Assembly: GCF_036365525.1 (NCBI RefSeq)
Contig: NC_090393.1
Location: 7,347,572 to 7,411,571 of the forward strand
Source: Heterodontus francisci
Taxonomy: Eukaryota
Length of the DNA stretch: 64,000 nt
Direction of reading: 5' to 3'
Translations under genes and position numbers: made by a program
Notes under the pieces: model-generated
What the model saw: only the letters and a program-made list of their open reading frames with translations
Told to the model about the DNA's origin: nothing
Database searches by the model: none
In this document: piece by piece, positions 23,698-35,384 of the stretch
How the letters are laid out: the number at the start of each line of letters is the position of its first letter
Numbering within the stretch: position 1 is the first letter of the stretch

Positions 23698-24579
23698 TGC
23701 TGTTATGACTCCGTTCAGAGAAATAAAGAAGAGAATGTCTTTGTCTTTGATCTCCCAGGTTTTCCCACAGGAGTGTTCAGGAGATTAATCTTTAAATCTG
23801 GGAGGCTCCGGATGAATCCAGGAGGAGTTAGCAATCGTTCTCCCATCCCCAGCACCAAAATTCCTCCCCCAAAATGGGAACTGAAAACTCCCTCAAATCC
23901 TCAAATTTCAAAGTGTTTCAATGTAAATAAACTTCTTGATGAAATTTTGCGTGTGTCTGTTTATTGCTGTTTTATAGAGAAACACGTCCCATCTTTCTAA
24001 ATATATCCCTTGGCCCACTGAATACCCTTGGGCTTCCAGTCTCGATGGAAGATGTGCACAAATGGCCTCTCTCTTTATTGTCAATAGGTGTACTCCAACT
24101 GATTTATGTGCAATGGCGTTTTTAAGCCAGTGCTTAAGGGAGAATCTCAAGCTGACGTACAAATATGAATTTAACTCGTTTGGGCACCAATTAATCCTGA
24201 CTGTAATGGAACAAAGATGAAACCCAAACGATAAAAAGCAGCATTGATCATGTGGCTTTAGATGTGGTCTTACAGGAGACTACACACACATGGTTGATAA
24301 GCTGCCTGACATCATTGGGACACACTGAGAATCCATTCTCAATGGAAGTAGAGTGAATTCGATCATTTTTGTACACTTGTCGTCCTTTCGGTCGCTGCAG
24401 TTCAAATGAACACATGTTGTATTATGACGCTGGTAATTCAGGATAGCTCCTGCTGCATCAGGAAGTAATTGGAAACAATAAAGCTGCAATTTGATTTACA
24501 GATGAGGAGGCTCCGGGTTATAATGTGGGGCCCTGAAACAAACTGAGATTCAAATGCATTCCACGTGTAGCTATCTCGG

Positions 24580-24745
24580 AATATTAGGAGCAGGAGAAGG
24601 CCATTCAGCCCCTCTGAGCTGCTGCACCATTCAATGAGATCATGGCTGATCTGTACCTCAACTCCATTTACCCATCTTTGCTCCATATCCCGTGATGCCC
24701 GTACCCAAAAAAAATCTATCAGTCTCAGTTTTGAAATCTCCACTT
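24580..24745 (-). mobile_element. CR1 LINE 3' tail
   Basis: aggagcaggagaaggccattcagccc...gagatcatggctgatc. Confidence 0.75.
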
Positions 24746-24759
24746 GTTCCACTGTTGCC

Positions 24760-25695
24760 CAGCAATACAATAACCTTCCCTCCATCATATGGTCAAAAGT
24801 GGGGATGCTCGCTGATGATTGCGCAAAGTTCAGCACCATTCACAACTCCTAAGATACTGAAACAGCCCATGTCCAAATGCAGCAAGACCTGGACAACATT
24901 CAGGCTTGGGCTGATACATGGCAACTAATGTTCGCACTACACAAGTTCCAGACAATGACCATCTCCAACAGAAGAGAGTCTAACCATCTCCCCTTGACAT
25001 TCAACGGCATTATCATCGCTGAATCCCCCACTATCAACATCCTGGGGTTTACAATTGATGAGAAACTAACTGAACCAGCCATATAAATACCGTGGCTGCA
25101 AGAGCAGGTCAGAGGCTAGGAATCCTGCGGCGGGTAACACACCTCCTGGCTCCCAAAGCCTCTCCGCCATCTTCAAGGCACAAGTCAGGAGTGTGATGGA
25201 ATACTCTCCACTAGCCTGGATGGGTGCAGCTACAACAACATTCAAGAAGCTTGACACCATCCAGGACAAAGCAGCCCGCTTGATTGGCACCCCATCCACA
25301 AACATTCACTCCCTCCACCACCGGTGTGCAGTGGCAGCAGTGTGTACTATCTACAAGATGCACTGCAGCAACTCGCCACTTTGACGCACCTTCCAAACCC
25401 GCAACCTCTATCACCTAGAAGGGCAAGGGCAGCAGATGCATGGGAACACCGCCACCTGCAAGTTCCCCTCCAAGCCACACACCATCCTGACTTGGAACTA
25501 TATCGCCGTTCCTTCACTGTCACTGGATACATATTCCTGGAACTCCCTTCCTAACAGCACTGTGGGTATACCTACACCACATGGACTGCAGCGGTTCAAG
25601 AAGGCAGCTCACCACCACCTTCTCAAGGACAATTAGGGATGGGCAACAAATGCTGGCCTGGTCAGTGATGTCCACATCCCATGAATGATATAAAA
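24760..25695 (+). mobile_element. CR1-like LINE 3' region
   Basis: MLADDC, QQDLDNIQAWADTWQ, MEYSPLAWMGAA; tail gcaacaaatgctggcc...catcccatgaatga. Confidence 0.88.
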
Positions 25696-25704
25696 CAAAA
25701 GAAT

Positions 25705-26010
25705 CAATCTGATAATAACAAGATAATCTGTTGGTTGAGGGATAAATATTGGCCAGAACACTCAGGAGAACTTTCCTGCTCTTCTTCAAAATAGTCCCTG
25801 CCGCGGGATCTTCTGCATTCACCTGAGAGAGCAGACAGGTTCCCAGTTCAATGGCTCATCTGAAGGACTGCACCTCTGGCAGTGCAGCACTCCTCAGTAC
25901 AGCACTGGTGTGCCAGCTTGGATTATCTGTTCTGTCTGTAGAGTGGGTCTTGAACCCACTATTCTATCTGATCCAGCAGTGACCGTGCTACTAACTGAGC
26001 CACGGCTTAT
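25705..26010 (-). mobile_element. SacSINE1-like SINE
   Basis: gttggttgagggataaatattggcc through actgagccacggct. Confidence 0.75.
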
Positions 26011-26284
26011 ACAAACCTGACTGGAACACGCCAGAGCTGAGGATCGATGCGTGTGGGGAAAGAAGGGCTGAGCGCTGATTCTTGTAAATGGTTATTGAAG
26101 CAGAAGATGAATCAGATTTTTAAACCCTTTTGGCAACAGCTGCACTGGACCTCAAGCGGTCAGTCTTAATGGACAACATCCGGCAGTTGGCAGGCAGACC
26201 CCTAGATGGTGACCATTGCAGTCAATCCTGAGGGAAGTGAGTGGAATTGCACCTCAGCTATCAATCATTCAACATGTATACTGC

Positions 26285-27010
26285 AAAGAAAGACTTGCAT
26301 TTTTATAGCGCCTTTCACAACCCCCGGATGTCTCAAAATGCTTTGCAGCCAATGAAGTACTTTTGAACTGTAGTCACTACTGTAATGTAAAAAATGCAGC
26401 AGCCAATATGTGCATAGCAAGCTCCCACAAACAGCAATGTGATTTTTTAAAAATTCTTTCATGGGATGTGGGCATCGCTGGCAAGATCAGTATTTGTTGC
26501 CCATCCCTAATTGCCCTTGAACTGAGTGTCTGGCTAGGCCATTTCAGAGGGCAGTTAAGAGTCAATCACATTGCTGTAGGGCTGGAGTCACATGTAGGCC
26601 AGACCAGGTAAGGACAGCAGATTTCCATCCCTAAAGGACATTAGTGAACCGGATGGGTTTTTACGACAATCAATGATAGTTTCATGGCACTATTACTGAG
26701 AAAAGATTTGAACCTAGTTCGCTAGGTCAATGACATTACCGCTATGCCACCATTTAATGGCCCGATAACGTGCTTATGTGACATTGGTTGAGGGATAAAT
26801 ATTGGCCAGGACACTGGGGAGAACTCCCCTGCTCTTCTTTGAAATAAAGCCAAGGGATCTTTTGGATCCACCTGAGAGAGCAGACGGGTGCTCCGTTTAA
26901 CATCTCATTCGACATACAGCACCTCCAACAATGCTGCACTCTCTCAGTACTGCACTGAAGTATCAGCCTTGATGTTAGTGCTCAAGTTTCTCGAGTGAGA
27001 CTTGAACCCA
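26285..27010 (-). mobile_element. SacSINE1-like SINE split by a second SINE (26446-26752)
   Basis: Tail at 26285-26445; remainder resumes at 26753. Confidence 0.8.
26446..26752 (-). mobile_element. tRNA-derived SINE with CR1-like tail (third SINE family)
   Basis: Same sequence as 29170-29565; the tail matches the 3' end of the 24760-type LINE. Confidence 0.8.
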
Positions 27011-27164
27011 AAATACCACATTTATTGCTCATATACTGATGCCTCCTCCTCTGTCTTCAAGCCCCTTTGCCCCGATTTTTAAAAACCTAGGCAAGATTTA
27101 AAGCAATAGGGGGTGTAGATTACACACATACATTACACAAAACTTTATCATGCTGTTGAACAAT

Positions 27165-27600
27165 CCCAGTCCGGTGCTGAGGGAGCTCAGTATTGTTACA
27201 CTTGCCCTCTTTCCGATACAATATTAGACTGAGGCCCAATAAGCCTGTCTAAGAATTAGGGCACGATTTGAAGAACATTGGAACATTGCAATAGGAGTAG
27301 TAGGCCATTCAGCCCCTCGGGTTTGTTCTGCCATTCCATTAAGATTTTGGCTGATCTCCACCTCAACTTCATTTACCCAGCTTGAGTCCACAATCCTTAA
27401 TCCCCTCACCCAGCAAAAATCAATTTGAAGAGCAGACTAACCAAAACAAACAAATTGACTGGTCATTCATGTCATTGCTGTTTGTGGGATCTTGCTGTGC
27501 ATAACTTGGCTGCTGTGTTGCCTACATAGTGAAAGTGACTGCACATCGAAAAGGTCCTTGTTGGATCTAAAGCGTCAAGGTGAAATATAGAAACACAGGT
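27165..27600 (+). mobile_element. Degraded SacSINE1-like SINE interrupted by a minus-strand CR1 tail (about 27272-27422)
   Basis: atttgaaga occurs on both sides of the CR1 tail, as a possible TSD. Confidence 0.6.
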
Positions 27601-27877
27601 TTTCCCTTTTCAAAGTACTTCTCACACTGGGATCCATTTTCGCTCCTCCCCCCCACAACCTCGAATCAGGGTCAGTCGTCTTACTGCACCCAATCAAACT
27701 GGCGGCATTTTAGTAGGAACCTATCACTGGGAGCCTGTTGCACCTGCCTGTCATAGGCAGCAGACCCCTTTAAATATGCAAATGGGGGGTCCTAGGACTG
27801 CCAGTTTAGGTTGGACGTGGGCTTTGATTGTTCATGTCAATTTCAATTGGTCCCAGGCTGATGGAAAAAAAGAACAA

Positions 27878-28120
27878 AGGAAGACTTGCATTTATATAGC
27901 ACCTTTCACAAACTCAGGCGTCCTAATGCGCTTTTCAGCTAATGGAGTACTCTTGAAGTGTCGTCATTGTTGTAATGTAGGGAAAACAGCAGCTAAATTG
28001 CACACAGCAAGATCCCACAAACAGCAATGTGATAATGACCAGATAATCTGATTTTAGTGATGTTGGTTGAGGAGAACTCCCCTGCTCTTTTGGGATCTTT
28101 CAGTCGACCTGAGAGATGCT
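27878..28120 (-). mobile_element. SacSINE1-like SINE, 3' part
   Basis: gacttgcatttatatagcacctttcac...gataatgaccagataatctg. Confidence 0.8.
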
Positions 28121-28764
28121 CGTTATCCCCGATACTCCTCTGGCCCATCCTTGTGAGAAAGGACCTGGGCTCCACTTAAAATCAGGCACTCGCAGTCGGG
28201 AATGGTTACACCAGCTTGGGCACACACCAAACAAGGGGTGTTTGCTGATGAGCGAGCTCAGTACATTCTTGTATCGGGTCTGTTGTGGTCACTGTGTGTG
28301 TCTTTTTAAAGGACTCGAGACAATTTTGTACCTTCAGTTACCTCCAACTATTGCTGGTCCAGACAGCGAGTGCAGGCATATTTATTCTACTCCTGTCATT
28401 GTCCCTCGTACAGGCAGATTCCCAAACTGTCAATAAAACCTAAGAGGCATGACAGTGTTCAGCTGTTAATGGCAATCTCTCGCGACATGAAGTCAGCATC
28501 TGTATTATTAACCACCTGAGTCTTGAAGCAATATTTTCACAGTCATACTGAGATACCATAGTTATTTGCATTTAGGAAAATAAACATCACACTATTTGCA
28601 AGGTCATTAAAGTGGTCAGAATCCAGTACTCTCGAGCTTGGAACTGTGCAAATGCAACTCCTGCCCATTCCCCACTGTAACACAATGGATGAATATGCTG
28701 CCCAATGTGGGACTGAAGCATATGGACAAGAAAGAGCCCATGTTCTGTCCTGGTCATCACCACA

Positions 28765-29119
28765 GGGCGGCACAGTGGCGCAGTGGTTAGCACCGCAGCC
28801 TCACAACTCCAGCGACCCGGGTTCAATTCTGGGTACTGCCTGTGTGGAGTTTGCAAGTTCTCCCTGTGTCTGTGTGGGTTTTCTCCGGGTGCTCCGGTTT
28901 CCTCCCACAAGCCAAAAAGACTTGCAGGTTGGTCGGTAAATTGGCCATTATAAATTGCCCCTAGTATAGGTAGGTGGTAGGGAAATATAGGGACAGGTGG
29001 GGATGTGGAAGGAATATGGGATGAGTGTAGGATTAGTATAAATGGGTGGTTGATGGTCAGCACAGACTAGGTGGGCCGAAGGGCCTGTTTCAGTGCTGTA
29101 TCACTAAACTAAACTAAAC
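28765..29119 (+). mobile_element. HE1-like V-SINE, full length
   Basis: Near-identical to 1970-2327; tail (ctaaa)n. Confidence 0.9.
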
Positions 29120-30133
29120 TTCATGCCTAACTCTACCCCACCTCACCTCATCTGCTGCTGAAACCTTTTTTTTTATTAATTCATGGGACGTGGGCATCGC
29201 AGGCTAGGCCAGCATTTATTGCCCATCCCTAATTTGCCCTTGAACTGAGTTGCTTGCTAGGCCATTTTGAGGGCATGTAAGAGTCAACCACATTGCTGTG
29301 GGTCTGGAGTCACATGTAGGCCAGACCAGGTAAGGACAGCAGATTTCCTTCCCTAAAGGACATTAGTGAACCAGATGGGTTTTTACAACAATCGGCAATG
29401 GTTTCATGGCCATCATTAGACTAGCTTTTAATTCCAGATTTATTAATTGAATTCAAATTCCACCTTCTGCTGTGGTGGGATTCGAACACATGTCCCCAGA
29501 GCAATACCTGGGTTTCTGGGTTACTAGTCCAGTGACACCAATACCCGTACACCACCGCCTCCCCTGAATCCTTTGCCCTTGTTACCTCTGGACCCGACTA
29601 TTCTGAAACCGTCCTGGGCGGCCTCCCTCTTTGTGCCCTCCGTAAGCTTGACATCATCGAAAACTCTGCTTCCTGTGTCCTAACTCGCACCAAATCCCAT
29701 TCACCCAACACTCCCTGCGTTCGCTGTCTTACACTGGCTCCCGGTCCAACAACAACTCAATTTTAAAATTCTCATCCTTGTTTTCAAATCCCTCCATGGC
29801 CTCACCCCTCCCTATCTCTGTAATCCCCCTCAGCCCCACAACCCTCCCAGATCTCTCTGCTCCTCCAATTCTGGACCTCCCCTGCAACCCTGATTTTAAT
29901 CACTCCATCATCGGCGGCCGTGCCTTCAGCTGCCTGGGTCCCAAGCTCTGGAATTCCCTCCCTAAACCTCTCCATCTCTCGACCTCCTCCTTTAAAATGG
30001 TCCTTAACTGACTTCTTTGACCAAATGTCCTAACGTCTCCTTATGTCCTATATCTTGCTGTCAAATTTTGTTTGATAACTCTCCTGTGAAGCACTTTGGG
30101 ATGTTTTACTACATTAAATGTGCAAGTTGTTGT
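29120..30133 (+). mobile_element. L2 LINE 3' region interrupted by a SINE at 29170-29565
   Basis: ctcatctgctgctgaaacc resumes as atcctttgcccttgttacctc; tacactggctcccggtc (LHWLP) and the L2 tail follow. Confidence 0.8.
29170..29565 (-). mobile_element. tRNA-derived SINE with CR1-like tail, full length
   Basis: Minus-strand head ggaggcggtggtgtacggg with box B tgttcgaatcc; tail gggcaataaatgctggcc. Confidence 0.82.
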
Positions 30134-30439
30134 CCTACCACAACAATATTTTGATCCAGAATATTACACAGTTTCAAACAGATTGCTCTCTCCTGTAAGA
30201 CTTTAACACACGACCCTCTGACTCAGAGGTGAGAGTGCTACCCTTGAGGCACGACTGACACTAAAAGTCACCAAGACTGCTTGGGAAAACCCCTGCTGAA
30301 AATTTCCAACAGTTATCACAAACAGTGTTTATAACCGTGCAGAAATGTTCTGTACCAGTGCAGCATTTACTATTTTCTCCAGTTTGTGGCAGCAACCTAC
30401 TTAACTCTTATGATTGTCACCAGGAGTCATTTCACATTC

Positions 30440-30730
30440 CATTGTATTTACGGCATAGAAACAGGCCATTCGGCCCAACTGGTCTATGCCAGTGTTTATG
30501 CTCCACACAAGCCTCCTCCAGCTCCTATTCCAGCTGACACTATCAACATGACCTTCTATTCCTTTCTCCCTCATGTACCCAGCGAGGTTCCCTTTGCTAT
30601 TCACCAGGGTCTGCATTCTCACCACTCTCTGGGTAAGGAAGTTTCTCCTGAATTCTCTATTGGATTTAGTGACTGTCTTATATTTATGACCCCCTAGTTC
30701 TGGGCTCCCCCACAAGTGGAAATATCTTCT
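30440..30730 (-). mobile_element. CR1 LINE 3' end
   Basis: GHKYKTVTKSNREFRRNFLTQRVV. Confidence 0.8.
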
Positions 30731-31054
30731 CTATGTTTCTGCAGAGAGCTCTGCCCCTGGGAACACAGGTTGGGAATTCCTCATGAATTTTTGGCCATTA
30801 GATTGAGGGGAGTATTGTCGGGGGGAGCATGTGCCTGAATTCCGATATTGGTCACTGGTGGTTGAGGCTCCAATGCGGGAGCTCCATTTTGGGTTATTAG
30901 CTCCTCCAGCCTGATCCACACCTTACATAAACAGCAGTTAACAGGCACTGATCAGGGACAAGACGCTTGGATGATTAACCCCACCCCCCAGCCCCCGTTA
31001 AGCCCCTACTCCCACCCTAACATTGCGGTCCTGAGGCCAATTATAGCAGCCCCA

Positions 31055-31985
31055 CAACAACAACAACGTGCATTTATATAGCCCCTCTGACGTAGTAAAG
31101 CATCCCAAGGTGCTCTCCCAGGAGCATTATCAAACAAAATCTGGCCGCAAGATAAGGACACAAGGATATATTAGGATATATGGGGCAGGATTTTGTGTTT
31201 TGGGCGGGGACCCCGACCTCGAGGTCAAATGCGGGTCCCAACCCTGCATTGTGTCAGGAGCAGCAACCCGACATGAATTTTGCCTGGGTTGGCCAATTAG
31301 TGGCAGAGGGCGCGCTCAGGGTCCAATTAAGGATGGTGGGTGGGCTCTCAAAGCTGGAGGGCCAATAGGAGGTCTTCCAGCACGGAAGCAGCTGCAGCCT
31401 GCAAGGGAGAGAGTGGGTGCCTCCATCTTGAGGCTCCCTCTCAGCAACTTCAAAACTTTGGAAACAAAAATTCTGCCAGGCCACCATTGTGGGGATAGAA
31501 CCTTCCACAGGACGGCCTGTGACCACAGCTGGGACCAGGTAGGCCTGGGAGCCTCAAAGGCATCCTGGAGCGCTGGTCCCCTAGTCTACCGCCAGGAGGC
31601 CGCCATCAGGGAGCTGTTGTGCTCCCAACACTGCAGGGGGCCCCCAGGCGAAATGGAATTTTCCAATCGGCCTCTGATAATTGGCCTTTGAATTATTTTA
31701 GCTTGTGGGCGGGTAATCGTTCCGCCTCCGATCTGACCTCTGGGAAAATGGCCCAGGGGCGGGATTGGTACCAGCATGCCAACTGCAGCAAGAAATAACA
31801 GCCCTGCCAGCCTCCATTCCCACCCCATTTTGGGGCAAAAGTCCTTCCACTGGTTAAAGAAGTAAATTAAAGACTGTCTTAAAGGAGAGAGAGGTCGAGA
31901 GATGGAGAGCTTTAGGGAGGGAATTCCAGAGCTTAGGGCCCAGGCAGCTGAAGGCACGGCCGCCAATGGTGGAGTGATTAAAATG
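31055..31985 (-). mobile_element. L2 3' end split by a GC-rich element with terminal inverted repeats (about 31182-31848)
   Basis: L2 tail at 31055-31178 resumes at about 31850; insert ends ggggcaggatttt...aaaagtccttcc. Confidence 0.65.
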
Positions 31986-32828
31986 AAATCAGAGAGGATT
32001 CAAATGATTCTGAGAGTTGTTCAGTGTGCTGGTTATTCCACCCCTGCTCTGTCCCCCTCCACCCACCATCCCAAGTCTCCACAGGTGACTCGAGTCCTGG
32101 TCACAGTCAACTCAAAAACTCGTTTCAAAGAACTCAAAACAGTCTGGCAGCTGCTTTTGCCAAATAAGCAAGTGCACAGATCGAAACACAAGAGTTTCTC
32201 ATGCACGAAAGTAAAACCTTTGTATTGTGCCAATCTTATCTAGAATAATGAATAGCACCACTAGTGTGAGTTGGTGCCAGTTAAACCAATCTCTGAGTTC
32301 AGGTTACATTGTAAACCAGTCAAGCTGTAGTAAGCCTGTTCTGATTTATGTCCACATCTGAGACCCCTGGATTGTATAGCTTTCTTGTAACTCAGTCACA
32401 GCTGTCTGTCACTGGGTACATGTACCACATATATCCTTTGTTTACGCTGTGAAAAAATACTCTTATAGATGAGAACATTGAGTTAATCTTGACAATATCA
32501 TTGTTTCCTTTCACTCGCCCTCTGGCTCAACACATATTTCCACATGTCTTCAAACAGGGAGCAGTTTAATTCTGGGACTAAAACGTAGAGCTGGAGTCAA
32601 AGGTCTAGTTAGAAAACAGCTGTTTGAGTCATGGTCTCTGTGATAAAGCAGCACAAGTCAAAGAAAGTGCTTTAATGCCACTTTCCTCCCTGTTAATTAT
32701 ATTCTAATTTAACAAACATTTGTGAGTCTCTTGGCTAAACCCAAACGCAGAATGCTGAAAAGTTTCCCATCGTGAAAGATTGTGAGATTAAATGCTTGGT
32801 TGCAACCGGAGCTGATTAGAAATTGATT

Positions 32829-32956
32829 TAAAAACAGAAAGTGCTGGAAATACTCAGCAGGTCAGGAAGCATCTGTGGAGAGAGAAGCAGAGTTTTTCCA
32901 ACACTTTCTGTTTTTATTTCAGATTTCCAGCATCTGCTGTATTTTGCTTTTATTTT
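32829..32956. mobile_element. Penelope-like pseudo-LTR fragments in inverted orientation
   Basis: aaaacagaaagtgctggaaa followed by its reverse complement tttccaacactttctgtttt; homologous to 44745-44883. Confidence 0.75.
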
Positions 32957-33019
32957 AGAAATGAATTTGCCTGTTATGCAGCCTCGATCACCACACAAAA
33001 AGTCAACAGGGTACAATAG

Positions 33020-33410
33020 GTGTCAGCTGTGGCTCAGTAGGGAGCACCCTTGGCTCTGAGTCAGAAGTTTGTTGGTTTGAGTCCAGGTACTTGTGCACAT
33101 AAACCAGGCTGATGCTTGTGTACTGCTGAGGGAGTGCTACACATTTGACGATGCTTTCTTTCAAAAGAGGCCTTAAACCAAGGCTCCATCTGTTCTCTTA
33201 GATCTAAAAGATCCTGTATTCTCTATTTCAAAAAAAAAGCCAGGGGAGTTCTCCCTGGTGTCCTGGCCAATATATATCTATCAACCATGGCCACTAAAAC
33301 AGATAAACTACCCTGTTTCCCTGCAGTACAACACTTCAAAAGTGTTTCATTGGCTGTAAAGTGCTTTGGGAGGTACTGAAAGGCACTATAAAAATGCAAG
33401 TTTTTTTTTA
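33020..33410 (+). mobile_element. SacSINE1-like SINE, near full length
   Basis: gtgtcagctgtggctcagt head through gcactataaaaatgcaag tail. Confidence 0.85.
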
Positions 33411-33793
33411 TTTCAGTCAAGCATATGACAACAGTTTAAACAAATTGCTACCTTCTCCAAGAGCTCAACCCATGATCTTCTCTGAATTACAATCTTTTCC
33501 CCCTTTTCTGGGCATGAGTGAAGTTTGTACAGTGCAGTCAAGGGTAGATGTGATAAATAGGAAAAGTCTCCTTGCAAAACTATTGCAGACATAGTGCGTC
33601 GAGAAAACAGATCGTCTCCAGAACTGAATATCCTTGGAGAATCAGCAAAACATACACACAGACAATGTGTGATTGATGGCACAACGGGAAATAATGAAGA
33701 ATATGGAACTGCACAGAGCGAAGAGAGTGAACAAACGTCTTATTATAAAGGTGCAAGGAAGAATGTTTTCCCCTTGTTTGCAACAAAGTTGAT

Positions 33794-34442
33794 GGAGGGA
33801 ATTTGATACTCTCCCCCGCAGTGGGTTTGGAGGCAGGGAGAGCATAAAATCAGGTGGGAATGGTGGTGGGAGGGATTCCCACCTCCAGCAAAATTTCATC
33901 CAGGGCGGGAAGGACTGTGAATGGCCTTCCTGCCCCGTCGCCAATTGAGGCCCTTAGCTGGGCAATTAACACCCAATTAAGGGCCTATTCCCACCACAGC
34001 CTCATTAAGACACTTAGTACCTGAACGAGGGACCCAGCATCAGGAAGTGGGGGGCGGGGGGGTGGGGCCTGCTGATGATCACCCTCCTGCCTTTGCTACT
34101 GATTCCTCTTCCCCCTTCCCCACTATCCCCACCCCACGAGACCCCTCCCACCCTGACCTACCTGAGGCCTGGCTCCAGAGATGCTCCTCAGCCTCTGGTA
34201 CGGTCAGCTCTCGCAGCAGCCACCACCTCTGGTGCTGCACTGCAGCCGCTGGCCTCTGATTGGCCGCCAACTCTCCAAGGGCGGAATTTCCGGCGATGGG
34301 ATCCTATGGAAGGCCCAGCGCTGTCCAGCTAAGTGCCTGATTGGTACTAAATTCGGCAGGCCTTCTGGAAAGAAGTGATGTGGGGATCTCAGCACCAGTT
34401 TCTCTGGACGTTGAGACCCCTGCCACCAGCATAAATTCCCCC
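33794..34442. mobile_element. GC-rich non-autonomous element with terminal inverted repeats
   Basis: gagggaattt...aaattccccc termini; internal ccaattgaggccctt...ccaattaagggcc palindromic block. Confidence 0.55.
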
Positions 34443-34499
34443 GACGTATCATTATTATTTTGGTGTCTTTATAACTCATTCATTGCAGGGATACACCTG

Positions 34500-35070
34500 G
34501 CAACAACAACAACAACAACAACAACTTGCATTTCAATAGCACCTTGCATAGTAAGACATCGCAAGGCACTTCTCAGGAGTGTTCCTCAGCAGTATTACAA
34601 GTAAAATTTGACACCCAGCCACATAGGAGTATTAGGACCATTAAGAGGTAGGTTTTCAGGAGCATCATAAAGGAGAAGAAAGGAAGAGGTTTAGGGAGGG
34701 CTTAGGGCCTAGGCGGCTGGAGGCACGGCCGCCAATGTTGGAGTGATTAAAATTGGAGAGGCGCAAAAGACCAGAATTGGAAGAGCGCAGATATCTCAGA
34801 GAATTGTAAAGCTGGAGGAGGTTACAGAGATAGGGAAGGATGAGGCCATGGAGGGATTTGAAAACAAAGATGAGAATTTTAAAATGGAGGTGTTACCAGA
34901 CCAGGAGTCAATGTAGGTCAGTGAGCATAGGGGTTTGATAGGTTCAAATTAGGATACAGGCAGCAGAGTTTTGACTGAGCTCAAGTTTACAGAGGGTGCA
35001 AGGAGGGAGCCTGGCCTGGGTAGCATTAGAATCGTCAAGTCTAGAGATTTAATGTCATGGATGAGGGTTA
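34500..35070 (-). mobile_element. L2 LINE 3' region
   Basis: (caa)n tail and the reverse complement of the 29570-30133 L2 sequence. Confidence 0.85.
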
Positions 35071-35384
35071 GGGCCGCACGCTGGCCTGTTGACATAGTAA
35101 CAGCTGCAATCGATGTCCCGAACAGTGAGGAGTTGATGCCCTTTTACTTGATGCTGAGAGCTCATTAAAGCAACTTCATTCACAGACGCACACTGTAAGT
35201 AAATTAATTTGCAGTGACCATTTCTGTGCTTAAACTACAGGCATTGATTGCCATTTTCTTTTTAAATAAAGAAAGAACTTGCATTATTATAGCACCTTCC
35301 ATGTCCTGGGGATGTCTCAAAGTGCTTCACAGCCAATGAAATACTCTTGAAGTGTATTCACTGTTTCAATGCAGGAAAGGCAGA

